Positions 13,204 to 25,149 are shown, numbered from the stretch's first letter. The stretch: DNA of 64,000 bases from Callorhinchus milii (GCF_018977255.1 NW_024704743.1:58220001-58284000); one strand, 5' to 3'. Numbers and translations are program-made. The notes: a model not told the origin generated them from the letters alone.

Positions 13204-13614
13204 TCATTGGATCAGAATCATTGGAATCATTGGATTAATTGGTATCATTGGAAATATACTGAGGTGTTGACATTGCAGCAGTAAACAGGAGCTTGTGCTG
13301 ATCCGTGCTGTCATCTTCTGTGCATCATTTAGTCTGGTATGTTCCTCCAGTTTATTAGCTATCCATGCTCAATACCATTGGGTTCATCTGCAGTAAGGAT
13401 GGTACCTAAATTCAATTGAGAGTCATTAGGATTAAAGACAAAAGCTAGACAATTAAGCTGACAAAAAATACTCTGCCATTAGATCTATGGCCGGAAACAA
13501 CAACTTGCATTTATATAGCAACACTTCACATGGAGTAGCATCTTGGAGTACTTAACAGTGGTTGAGTTTGACCTGAGTCAAGGGGCGGAATGACCTTAGG
13601 TGCAGAAGGCAGTG

Positions 13615-13815
13615 AGCATGTGGAACTCATTGTCCGAGGCAATGGTTGAACCAGATAGTGAAGATGCATTTAAGAGGAAGTTAGATACAGACATGAGGGA
13701 GAAGGGAATAGAAGGGTATGGGAGGGAGTAAGGAACGGGTGGAGACTCATGTGGAGCATAAACACAGGCCTGGTTGGGCTGAGTGACATGTTTCCCTGCT
13801 GCACAATCTACGTAA
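13615..13815 (+). mobile_element. CR1 3' end fragment
   Basis: TGTGGAACTCATTG...GCATTTAAGAGGAAGTTAGAT...CTCATGTGGAGCATAAACACAGGC, homologous to the 12675 copy. Confidence 0.75.
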
Positions 13816-14520
13816 AACTATCAACTCTGATATTTATGGTCTTCAGAGGCAGTCTGTTTCATATTTTAATGCCATTTTAAGAAATCATTGGAATTTAGGA
13901 ACAGGCGATGGCTATTAGGCTCACCAAGCCCACTGTATACTACCATCTCCGAATCAATTTTCTTTAATAGAAATACATGGGAGATATGTTTTGCATTTTT
14001 TTCTGCATTCCACTTTCACTGTCAATTCTAAAGATGTGGATCATGTCATCTCTCAATCACCATTCTCCAGTGAAAACATGTTTAAACTGCAAACTTCTCA
14101 TAATTTAAAAGCACTGAAGTCCAAAAACAACTTGCTCCAAGCCCTCTTCCCTGAGCCTTAACCAAAATTTTTTCAAAGTAATGGTTTAGCCTAGAGACCT
14201 TGAAAAACAATTTTTTCCTTGACTATTGTTGTGGCTTCATTTTCAATTCCTCAGACTAACAGCCTGAACATTGATTTAACAAGTTTAAATCATAATATTC
14301 TCTTCCATGCTTTTACCTACAGTTTATTGTTCCCTTCTGTCCTTTATTGCTCTGTATATTATTAATGCTTCACCTTTCCTACCACTGGTTCCTGCTTCTT
14401 TGTCCTTTCCCCTCTCTTTGTTTAACAGCAATTCAACAGTCTGTTAATGATCCGGAAATAAAAACAGAAGTCACTGGTTACACTCAGCAGGTCAGGCAGC
14501 ATCTATGGAAAGAGGAAAGT

Positions 14521-14558
14521 GAGTTAACATTTCAGGTGAATGACCTTTCATCAGAATT
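14521..14558 (-). ncRNA. Minimal hammerhead ribozyme core (PLE left arm)
   Basis: Minus strand AATT-CTGATGA-A-AGGTCATTCACCT-GAAA-TGTTAACTC: intact CUGAUGA and GAAA boxes around a short stem II. Confidence 0.65.
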
Positions 14559-15324
14559 GGGGGTTGTTGGAAGGGAACAGTTTATAAGGACAAACAGAGA
14601 AGGGGACAGGTAAAGAAAGATAAAGGAAAAAATTAGATGGAGGACAGTAAATGATGAGATCAGAGGTGTTGATGGTGCCAGAAAAAAGAAGGTAATCATG
14701 GGATATTATAGAAAGAAAAGATGTGTCTGAGATTCAGAGGATGTTTGAATGGTCATAGAAGAGGGGGAGTGGGAAGACAAGGCTGAGAGAAGATGTCTCA
14801 CCCGGAAGCAAGGGGAAGGAGAGCAGTGCTTGTGGTGATGGAGGAGTGGACCAGGGAGTCACAGAGGGAGCAATGGAGGGAACATACCAAAGGGACCACT
14901 CCCTTTGTGGCTCCCTGCGATTTACATGAACTTCCACTAATTTAGTATACCATATTCTTTGCTCACAATGCGGTCTCCCATACTCCGTTCCATCCGTAAA
15001 TACAACCCTGAGCTTCCGGTTGCTTGCCACTTTAATTCTCCTTCTCACTCCAACTTTAACCTCTCTGTCCATGGCCTCCTACACTGTTCCAAAAAAGCAC
15101 AACGCAAGCTCAAGGAACAGCAACTCATCTACTTTCGAGGCACCTTACAGCCCTTTGGCCTCAACGTTGATTTCAACCACTTCTGACCTTAAACACAGCT
15201 CCCAGCCTTGCCTCCCCATCCCCCTCTTCTATAACCATTCACGCGTACACTGGGACTTGTTCCTTTGTCTTTCGTCCTCCGTCCTCTGTTTGTCCTTATA
15301 AACTGCTCTCTTCCAACATCCCCC

Positions 15325-15362
15325 AGTTTTGATGAAAGGTCATTGACCTGAAATGTTAACTC
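15325..15362 (+). ncRNA. Minimal hammerhead ribozyme core (PLE right arm), C3 mutated
   Basis: AGTT-TTGATGA-A-AGGTC-ATT-GACCT-GAAA-TGTT-AACT: perfect 5-bp stem II, AGTT/AACT potential stem I, CUGAUGA changed to UUGAUGA. Confidence 0.6.
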
Positions 15363-15939
15363 ACTTTCCTCTCTTCATAGATGCTGTTGGCTGATCTGCG
15401 GAGTGTACAGAGTGGCTTCTGTTTTTATTTCAGATTTCTAGCATCTATAGTAATTTGTCTTTTGTTGATGATCTTCGTTCCTTGTTGTAGGCAGTTTTAC
15501 TCTTCCATTGTGTTGGTCTTTCCCTCTTTAATTTGTATAGTGATTCTTTCAGCCCAGCATTTCAGTTGTGATCAAGAACTGTGTTTGAAACAATAACCAA
15601 GCTTTCTCTTTGGATGCCAATTGACCTGCTATTGATTTTCAGCAATTCTCTATTGGTTCCCTTGCTAATTTTACCTGAATTTTAGCACTGATCGCCTCTG
15701 TTTTATACTGCATTTCAGCATAATGTGGTTTCATAATGTCAGCTGTAGCTTCCCCTATGAACAAAAATGGTTTTATGATAAATGTTACTCACACAGAACC
15801 CATCACCCATTACAAACACATTAACATTGCACCACCTATTTCTTCACACAAAGGTGGAATATGTTTGACAATGGGTCTTATCTCTCTCCACTCAAGTCAT
15901 TAACACAGTGAGCGATTAATTTGAGACCACAGAAATGGT

Positions 15940-16045
15940 TGACTCACATTCCTTTCTCCATAGATGCTGCCTGACCTGCTGAGTTTTCCCAGCTCTCTCT
16001 GTTTTTGTTTCAGATTTCCAGCATCTGCAGTATTTTGTGTTTTAT
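15940..16045 (+). mobile_element. Extra Penelope-like terminal fragment
   Basis: CCATAGATGCTGCCTGACCTGCTGAG...TTTCAGATTTCCAGCATCTGCAG repeats the terminus at 15375-15460. Confidence 0.8.
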
Positions 16046-16269
16046 CCACATTTATCTTGTGGGACACTTCAAAGCTGGTTCAAATAGAAGTAGCTGTGAA
16101 GTACACTGAGGCTGCTGGGACTTGAAACGTATCAAACGTACTCAATCATGTGCTCCTCTTCCAAATCACAGGTCACAACTTTCACTCTGTCCCAGCACCT
16201 TCCCCAGACTGTTGGGAAGCTTCATGTTGTCCAATGGTGCCAAACCTCTCAGCTGAACTGTATAATAGC

Positions 16270-17031
16270 CAGAGAATCATAGCTAGAGTCAGAAGATTAT
16301 GGGTTCAAGCAACATGTCAGATCTTGGAACCTAGATAGTGTACTCTGAAATTCCAGTGCAGTGCTGGGGCTGTGCTGCATTGCTGGAAGTGTTGTTCTTC
16401 AGATGAGATGTTAAATTGAGGCTCTGTCTGCCTGTTCAGTTGGATAATAATAATAATAATAATAGGAAGAAGAATCCTTGCATTTGATATAGCGCTTTTC
16501 ATGTCTTCTAGACGTCTCAAAGCACTTCACAGAATATCGGTAAAGTGAATTTACTGTATATTTGTGGTTGAAACGCGGCAGCCAATTATGCACAACAATG
16601 TCCCACAAACAGTCGTGGATTGAAATGACCAATTTTATTATTGTTTTCTTTTCTTGAGGGATTATTATCAGGCATGTGGAGTGAGAAAACTTGGCCAAGG
16701 TTTCACCCTGTTGGGAATCGAACCCAGGTCTCTCGCTTGTGAGGCGAGTGCTCTAACCACTGAGCTACAGGACTCCACAAATGTTGAAGATCCCGTGGCA
16801 CTGTTCAAAAAGAGAAGGGAGTTTCTTGCAGTGTGCTGAACGGATAATCCCATCCCCCAAATAAAATTGGTCATTCATTTCATGGCTGTTTGTGGGACAC
16901 TACTGTGCGTAACTTGACCTCTGAATCATCCACAAATTAGAGTCACAATATTTATAGTGTATCTCTTGCAGTGATTTGACACGTTTCAATGATGTAATAA
17001 GCTGCTATATCAAATTCAACGATTATTATTA
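16270..17031 (+). mobile_element. Old Deu-domain SINE interrupted by a young SINE
   Basis: Deu core ...CTGTTCAGTTGGAT (to ~16445) resumes as ATGTTGAAGATCCCGTGGCAC (~16781); ends CGATTATTATT. Confidence 0.85.
16444..16777 (-). mobile_element. Young tRNA-headed SINE, full length (tail type B)
   Basis: A and B boxes, tail GAGACGTCTAGAAGACATGAAAAG, (ATT)n end. Confidence 0.95.
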
Positions 17032-17244
17032 GCAGAAAGGAAATGGAAGAAGGACATTATCCAGGTATTAATTATATAAAATCAATTAACATCTTAAAAA
17101 ATATTTGTAGGTGAAGATTAAAATGAACAAATCCGTCAGGATGTATCATTTGTGAAGCTACGAATGTTAGTGTTGAAGAATTGAGATGTGGAGATGAATG
17201 AAATAGATAATTATTCTGCAATGTATTCATATTCACTACCTCAC

Positions 17245-18775
17245 TAAGCCAGTCAGGAACCTGGGCATCTTGTTTGACCCTGAACTGTTCTTTCTCCCCC
17301 ACATCCGCGCCATGACCGGCACCGCCTACCACCAACTCCGCAACATTGCCAGACTCCGCCACTGCCTCACCCCTCAGGCTGCCGAAACCCTCACGCGTTC
17401 GTCACATCAAGGCTCGATTATGGAAACTTCCTCCTCATCGAGCTTCCCAACTCTTCCCTTCAGAAGCTGCAGATCATCCAAAACTGCAGATCATGTACTC
17501 TCGTGCACCAGGCTCTGTGACTCCACACTCCTCCCCTTGCCCAACTCCATTGGCTCCCCATCCCCCAGAAGATCGAATTGAAGATCATCATACTTACTTT
17601 CAAGGCCATCCATGGCCTTGCCCTCTCCTACCACTCTGACCTGCTGACTCCCTACCAACCTGCCCACTCCCTCCGTTCATCGGTGTTAGAAAAGGTTGAT
17701 TTTAATATAGTTTGTAAGAAGAGCAATAGAAGAATTAATTGTGAATATATACATATGTGTATATCAATACTCATATATGCATAACGGTAGGAAACAAGGG
17801 AGAAAGAAACTGTTTTACTAACATTTTAGGAATTGGCAGAATAAGCCATCCTGGTTCTGAAAGGCCAATGGTCAGTCAGTTGTGATGGTGAGAGAAGGCA
17901 TAGAACAGGCTTCAATAAGGGACCAAGAAATCTGCATTCCATGGGGACACCTAAGTAAAGGTGCTCAGTATTCTGTGAAAACATGCCGATCACGTTAAAT
18001 GTTTCTACTAGACAGAGACGGCTCCAGCCTTGGAAGGGAGAATTAAGATGTCCTGTGTTGAAGAATATTGAGCAAGCTGCTTTGTCTCAAAAGGGTCTGC
18101 TTATCTGGAAGATATGGGTACAAGGATTTGCAAGGGTCGAGTACGTTGGGTAGGTGCTAAGATGCTTGATTGGAAAAGGGGGGAGGATCCCTAGGTGGAA
18201 AAAGTATAACTACATTGACTTTAGGCAAGTAAGGCAGCAGATCCAGCCAGACAAAGAGGACAGCCAAACCATCGGAGAGAAGATGTGCTGAAACCATCCC
18301 AACTGACTGACTGTTTTAAAACAGGTAGTATAAGTTCTGTTACTTGTAGTGGCAGTATTGTTTTACTAGTTTTGTATGTGTTACTTTAATAAATCTCTAT
18401 TACACCTTAACTGGATTGTCGGGTCATTATTTGAATCTCGGGATCGGAAATCCCAACAGCGGGCTCCGGCCTGCTCCATGTCTCCCACCCGACCTGTCCT
18501 ACCATCGGTGGCCGGGCTTTCAGCCTCTCTGCCCCCACACTCTGGAACTCCATCCCACAGTCCCTTCGCTTTGCTTCCTTCCTTGCCTCCTTTAAGGCTG
18601 GTCTCAAGACCCTCCTCTTCGATCGTGCCTTTAGCCGCCCTCTCACCCCTCTGCCTTCACTCACCCCTAGACCACCCCTCCCCCATCCTCGGGTCCTAAC
18701 CCCTAATTTTCCAGCATCTTGGGACGTCCTGCCGACCGGGAAAGGCGCTCTATAAATGTAACTTTGTTGTTGTTG
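17245..18775 (+). mobile_element. L2 LINE 3' portion split by a solo LTR
   Basis: ORF remnants FDPELFFLPHIRAMTGTAYHQLRNIARLR and KIIILTFKAIHGLA; resumes at 18459; ends GGCGCTCTATAAATGTAACTTTGTTGTTGTTG. Confidence 0.9.
17684..18458 (+). mobile_element. Solo LTR, 775 bp
   Basis: TGTT...AACA termini, 4-bp flanks TCGG/GCGG, AATAAA at 18388, precisely interrupts a continuous L2. Confidence 0.8.
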
Positions 18776-19712
18776 TATTGGTGTTTTGGAGTTAAAGGAG
18801 CATTTATACAATATTTTCTCCTAGAAAAGTATGGATACATATACATTGCACAGTACTTATCCTGTTGAAAGATAGAGCTCAGGGTATTGACCACATGTCT
18901 GCACTTCCAAGGATCATTAAGGAACCAAAAAATTTACTATGGATATGCCCAGGAAAGCCCTTCTTAGTGTGTACATCAATGTTGGATTATTTATCCTATT
19001 AAAAGCTCACATGCTGAAGATCATTAAATGTAACTATTAGCAGACAATCAGAAGCATTCATCACCCAGGTTGATAAATGAAGTGATGACCAGAAACTCGA
19101 CGTCTGGATTTCTATATGTCAGGAAATTGATACATGAGTCATCAACAGTCTGAATAGCACCTCAAAAACTTTCCTGCAGTTATATTATGAACTGAGAGAG
19201 ATGGCATCAAGTATGAACTGAACTGAAGAAAGTCAGGTATAATTGGATGAGCGTGAATTACTGCAATCTGACTCAGATATGATTCAGAAATGACTTGAGG
19301 TTAAACACTGCCTCAAAGGCAGACAGGTGAGCAGAAAGTACTGAAGTAAAGTCCGTCACATAACTTTTAAGATGAAAGTTAGACCTTCCAATTAGGTTGG
19401 CTCACACAATTTAACAGGTAAATGTGACCTTTAAGCACAATGTTGCAGTGAAGTTGAGAAATGCGTCATTATACTTAGCATTTCTGTGAGAAGATTGGTT
19501 TGGGTTTCAGATTGTCTTAAACTGATTCTAAACTGCAACTGCAATGTGAGGGTTTGGAAATTGGTTGGATGTGGTTCAGTCTGCATTTGGAAACATAGCA
19601 CATTACTGCTTTCAGTGTTTGTTTTCCTGTTTATTCACAAGTGTGTGAAGTATTCACTTGCCATACAACAGGTTAATAAATGTGATTTATATTAAGTTCA
19701 TTTGTGTGCATA

Positions 19713-20024
19713 CAATAATAATAATCCTTGCATTTGACATAGTGCTTTTCATGTCTTCTAGACGTCTCAGAGCATTTCACAGGATATACTGTAAAGTGAA
19801 TTGACTGTATATTTGTGGGCGAAACGCAGCAGCCAATTGCACACAGCAGTGTCTCACAAACAGCCATGGAATGAAGTGACTGATTTTATTATTTTTTTTC
19901 TTGAGGGATTATTATTAGACATGTGGAGTAAGGAAACTTGCCAAAGGTTTCGCCCTGCCTGGAATCAAACCCAGGTCTCTCGCTTGTGAGGCGAGTGCTC
20001 TAACCACTGAGCTATAGCACTCCA
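19713..20024 (-). mobile_element. Young tRNA-headed SINE, full length (tail type B)
   Basis: Same structure as the 16444 copy. Confidence 0.93.
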
Positions 20025-20137
20025 ATATAGCTTTGTATCATTTTCAGAATGGAAAGGTGTTATTATCCTCACTTCACTGAAGAAAGACCAGTTTTTTGTA
20101 ATAAAAGCTGACAGCAAAGATGTGAGAATTGTTCTTT

Positions 20138-20250
20138 GTCCACAAAATATACAGTCAATTCACTTTACAGTATATTCTGTGAAGCGCTTTAAAACATCTT
20201 GAAGATGTGCTAAGGCACTATATCAAATGCAAGGATTATTAATATTATTC
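20138..20250 (+). mobile_element. SINE 3' tail fragment
   Basis: ATACAGTCAATTCACTTTACAG...TATCAAATGCAAGGATTATT. Confidence 0.8.
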
Positions 20251-20669
20251 TCCTGTACTCTCTCCTAGAGATAAGTTCAGTGGAACGGGTGCAGCCCTGC
20301 ATTCAAAATGTCTGAAGCTTTTAAATGACATTAGGGAGAAATATATCAAAATAATACAACATTGCATTACATTTAATCCGAGTTCCTCCTAAAGGAACAC
20401 TGCTGCTTACATTGCAGTCTATTGTTTAAACAAGGCCACATTTAAATTATAGAAAGGCAAACACAATTCCACTCACATCCTATAGAGGCAAAAAGATGGA
20501 AATTTACTACCTCTCAACCAACAGGTGGAACAGGCGCAATAGTCTAAATGGTCTTCTCCTGTTCTTGTTTACCTATTCTTTCCTATATTCCAGCAGCTAA
20601 TCATAGAATATGATAATAAATGTCTCAAAAAGCTTCACAGGATTTTACTAAATCCTAACATTGTTCTCC

Positions 20670-20995
20670 CACCCCCACCCTCCTTGCCGTAACTCTGGAA
20701 TACACTCCTTCAATCCCTCCGCCATGCCCCCTCTCTTCCTTTTTCAACTGAAAACCTTCCTCTCCAACCATGCTTATGGCCACCTCTCCCCCACCACCCC
20801 CGGCTCAGAGTCAGGCGCTGCCACTGTTAAGCGCTCTATGATGCTACCTTGCGTGGAGGACCCTAAATAAGTGCAAGCTGTTGTTGGTGTTGTTGCCCTC
20901 CATCCTTCATGATTATATCAACCAGCTTGGGTGCAACACCTAGGGACATCTTCCCCACCTGAAAGGTGCTCCATAAATGCAATTGTTGTTGCTGT
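20670..20995 (+). mobile_element. Old L2 3' end plus a second short tail
   Basis: CTCTGGAATACACTCC...TAAGTGCAAGCTGTTGTTG, then TGAAAGGTGCTCCATAAATGCAATTGTTGTTG. Confidence 0.65.
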
Positions 20996-22044
20996 TCCAG
21001 TGATTGTATATTTGTAGACAAACCAAGGATGGTGCAGCAGAGAAATGGGCCACCAACTTTGGGCTGGAACTTAAAGAGGAAACAAATTAATATTTCAGCT
21101 GCAAACCTATATCACAAACTCAGTTGTGGTGCCAACCTGAGGTTGGGTGTTTAACCACTGGATGGATAAACGTTCACCTTGCAAAACTTTTACTGATCAG
21201 TTTCAGAGCAACATTCACAGGAGCCTGGGAGGAGGTTGTCCTGTGTCCTTTACAGCACTAAGTAATAAATATCATAGTGAGGATTGATAGAATAAAGGAG
21301 GGGGAGAAACTACCATCATTTAGAAAAGATTTCTCCTTCATAAAGAAAATGAGCCAGTAGCTGACTACTCAATCAACTATTATCTGGCAAATAAATCTTT
21401 AACATGTACCTCATGCTAGTAGTAGCTTTTTTAAGAAAAATTCATGTGGCTCCATTAGATCCAAGGATTTGCACATTCAGTTGGCAGTCACAGATGTGTA
21501 CACCATCCCCTTAATCAATCAGGTATCTCTATCTGATTCGCACCACATCTGAATCAATCAAATATCTCTATTTTGCAACATCTCCAGATCCTTAGAAGTA
21601 AACTGCCCTTGAAGACAATAGAGGCAAGTTAGCAAATCATCGCACTAAAAGAAATGTAAAATAAGCCGTAATTTACTTCTGTGCTAAAAAATGGATAATC
21701 AGCCTTAAATCATTACCCTCCGCCCACCCACCTCCACTCATAAAATATAGAGTCCATTCACTCTGAAGTGTATTCTATGAAGCACTTTGAGACATCTCAA
21801 AGATAAGGCTCTATATCAAATGCAACGATTATTATTATTATTGTTTAGCACAATGACCACCACAGGAAAATTTCTCTATTCTGTTGTTCCAAATCGCAGA
21901 GGTAAGATGCAGATAACACAACTCAGCTTGTGACCTGCGTGGAGGCATTCGGATAATGGTGGCTCCAGAACTGAAAATAAAGCTTGTACCATGACCATAT
22001 GCAATATAACAGGCAAGATGACAATATTTTTTCATATTACAATA

Positions 22045-22350
22045 ATAAAAATAATCCTTACATTTGTTATGAGACTTTTTCAAGCCCTCTAGGATGCTAC
22101 CCCGCATGAAGGGCGCGATATAAATGTAAGTTGTTGTTGTTGTTATAGTGCTTTTCACATCGGAAAGACGTCCCAAAATGCTTTACTGGATATACTGTAA
22201 AGTGGAGTGACTGTGTGCCTTGTGGGCGAACCTTGGGACGTCCTCTGGATGTGAAAGGTGCTATACAAATGTAATTTTGTTGTTGTTGAACCTGACAGAC
22301 AATTTGCACACCACAGTGTCCCACTGTGAAGTGAATGACCAATTCTACTT
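22045..22350. mobile_element. Mosaic: minus-strand SINE tail containing two plus-strand L2 tails
   Basis: L2 tails at ~22088-22143 and ~22231-22288 interrupt reverse-complement SINE 3' sequence. Confidence 0.65.
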
Positions 22351-23051
22351 GAAGCAAATCAATGTGCCAAATTCAGAGTGGAAGTTCTGTTCTATGGCCA
22401 TCCTCTGTGTATGGCTAGAAATTTCTGACTTTTCATAACTGATGTCACACGAAATCTATTGCACACAGATTTCATCCTATATCAAATTGCTTCTTTTATT
22501 AAAATTCAATTGGGGCGGGGAGGTCTCAGTCTTAAAAATATAAGCAGACTTTGACCAAATTAAAGCAATTTCACTCATTCAGCTCATTTTAACTGAAGAC
22601 AGATAGATTTGACAGCCAGGGTTGGCAGGCTGTTTGACCACACTGGGGATGGGATCAAGGAAATTATAGCCAAGTCCAGTTTCCTTGGTCTTCTCAAGAT
22701 GTTTATACATGTTGTACTTCCAGAAGAAATTGCTGGATACTAAACAGGAATGAAATCCTGGACTAATTGTGGAATTCCTTCCCTTATCCATGGGCACAGA
22801 GACCAACTGGAACACTGCCCTGACTAAAATCTATTAACTTAACAGAGACCAGGATTCAAACCTTCAACCTGTATCACCTAGTGCTGCATCAGGAGTGCTT
22901 TTACCAATAAGTACTTTGGAAGATTTTGAACAAAATGTCTTCATAAAGTTTTAATAATATTTGCTTAATTTATTAATAGTTAAATGTCTATGGAATGTTC
23001 AGTTATACAATGGAAGCAATTTATTTAGCCTTTGAGAACATAGTGTCTCAA

Positions 23052-23680
23052 AATAATAATTATAATCCTTGCATTTGATATAGCGCTTTTCACGTCTTCT
23101 CGACATCTCAAACCACTCCACAGAATCGACTGTAAAGTGAATTGACTGTATATTTGTGGGCGAAACGCAGCAGCCAATTGCGTACAGCAGTGTCCCACAA
23201 ACAGTCGTGGATTGAAAATGACCAATTTATTATTTTGTTTTGTTTTGGAGGGATTATTATTAGGCGTGTGGAGTAAGGAAACTTGCCCAAGGTTTCACCC
23301 TGCTGGGAATTGAACCCAGGTGTCTTGCTTATAATAATAATAATAATAATCCTTGCATTTGATATAGCGCTTTTCACGTCGGGAGGACGTCCCAAAGCGC
23401 TTCACAGAACACACTGTAAAGTGAATTGACTGTATATTTGTGGGCGAACGCGGCAGCCAATTGCGGACAGCAATGTCCCACAAACAGTCGTAGATTGAAA
23501 ATGACCAATTTATTATTGTTTTTGGTTTTGGAGGGATTATTATTAGGCTCTGTGTGGAGTAAGGAAACTTGCCCAAGGTTTCGCCCTCTGCCTGGAATTG
23601 AACTCAGGTCTCTCGCTTGCAAAGCGAGTGCTCTAGCCACTGAGGAAGGCAAGGCAAGTGCTCTAACCACTGAGCTACAG
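23052..23680 (-). mobile_element. Young SINE (type B) hosting a second SINE in its tRNA head
   Basis: Body 23052-23330; head resumes CAAGGCAAGTGCTCTAACCACTGAGCTACAG at 23650-23680. Confidence 0.9.
23331..23644 (-). mobile_element. Young SINE (type A), nested, slightly 5' truncated
   Basis: (AAT)n start at 23331, tail GGGAGGACGTCCC, head ends GCTCTAGCCACTGAG. Confidence 0.93.
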
Positions 23681-24584
23681 TGATTAAAATTATGCAGAAT
23701 TATGGAAAATTCTTAAATTCAGTCTGAAACCTGCTTACCTGCATACCTTGAAAAGAACCAGCTTTCAATTTAAAACTGGAATTAAAAATCTTCCACAATT
23801 TTAGTTATCTTACGCTCTGAGACAAAACAATCTCATGGGCTAGATACAATTCTGGGACACAAACACTTGCAGCTACTGATTTTACAGACGCTGTATAACA
23901 AATACTGTCCTGAGGGAATGTTTGAACCACATTCAGTCCTGAGTGTTACAATTCATTGCTTGTAAAATTGCATAAACTGTAATTGATTAATATGCTATTG
24001 AAATTTTCCTGCTTTGATTTGGTCCACCAGTTCATTTAAAAAGAAGTTTTCTAACTGAAATATAATGTGATCCAGTCACTTTTTAGTTAAGCAAGCTCAC
24101 ATTTGACAAAATATATTTGGATACCATAAAGCTCAATTCAAAGAGGGAAGAAAAAGCTTTCCACTACCTTCCAACAATTTGAATGTAAATTACTAAAAGC
24201 CAATTACAGATCATAAGCTATTTTAACCAAAGAAGGACAATGTAGGGGGGAGTGTTTTCAGTGTAAAGCACTTATCCGTCTATATTATTGGGCTATTTTT
24301 TAATGGAGATATCATGTCTTTTAAAATTAGTAATTTTGGTTTCTCCTGTACGAGGAAACTACTCCAATGTCAATTTCTAATGTAATTTGGTGTGGAGCTA
24401 TCTTGCCAATATGGCAATTTACAAATATACCTGGAAAACAGAATTTCTCTGGGCATCCTGACCAGCAATCACCAAAATAAAAAATTGTCAGTCACTGTAT
24501 GACTGTTTGTGGGACACTTCTGGCTGCTACATTTTTCTGCAAATATACAGGAACCATACTTTACATGCTTTGAGCTGTTGGCTT

Positions 24585-25080
24585 CGGGACCACATCACTC
24601 CCACCCTCGCTCGCCTCAACTGGCTCCCCATCCCCCAGAAGATCGAATTCAAGATCATCATCCTCACCTACAAGGCCATTCACAGCCTTGCTCCCTCCTA
24701 CTTCTCTGACCTACTATCCCCCTACTTACCTGCCCATGCCCTCCATTCTTCTGGCTCCGGTCTGCTCCACATCCCCCGCCCCAACCGCCCTACCATCGGT
24801 GGCCGGGCCTTCAGCCTCTCAGCCCCTAGGCTCTGGAACTCTATCCCCCAGTGCCTTCGCCGCCTCCTCCCTTTCCTCCTTCAAGGCCGGTCTCAAGACC
24901 CTTCTCTTTGACCGTGCCTTCAGCTCCCCTCTCGACTCTCTACCCCCTCCTCCCTCCCTCCCTTCCCTCCCCTCACCCTGACCATTTCCCCCCTGCTCGG
25001 GTCCTGACCCAACTGTACAGCGCCTTGGGACGTCCTCCCGACGTGAAAGGCGCTCTATAAATGGAATCTTGTTGTTGTTA
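24585..25080 (+). mobile_element. L2 LINE 3' end
   Basis: ORF 24507-24911 DHITPTLARLNWLPIPQKIEFKIIILTYKAIHSLAPSY...GGRAFSLSAPRLWN; tail GGGACGTCCTCCCGACGTGAAAGGCGCT...TTGTTG. Confidence 0.95.
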
Positions 25081-25149
25081 TTTCAATGTTGTACCAAATA
25101 CAAGTATTACCATCTGAGCTCTGAAGAATTTCATGGTGCTCCATCTTCA

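Larger units (their letters stand above)
14447..15465 (+). mobile_element. Penelope-like retroelement remnant with inverted terminal arms and decayed GIY-YIG endonuclease
   Basis: 14450-14790 is the reverse complement of 15195-15436 (about 110 bp missing from the right arm). The interior translates to STNLVYHILCSQCGLPY and LPVACHFNSPSHS...RKLKEQQLIYFRGTLQPFGLNVDF, a PLE GIY-YIG pattern. Confidence 0.85.
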
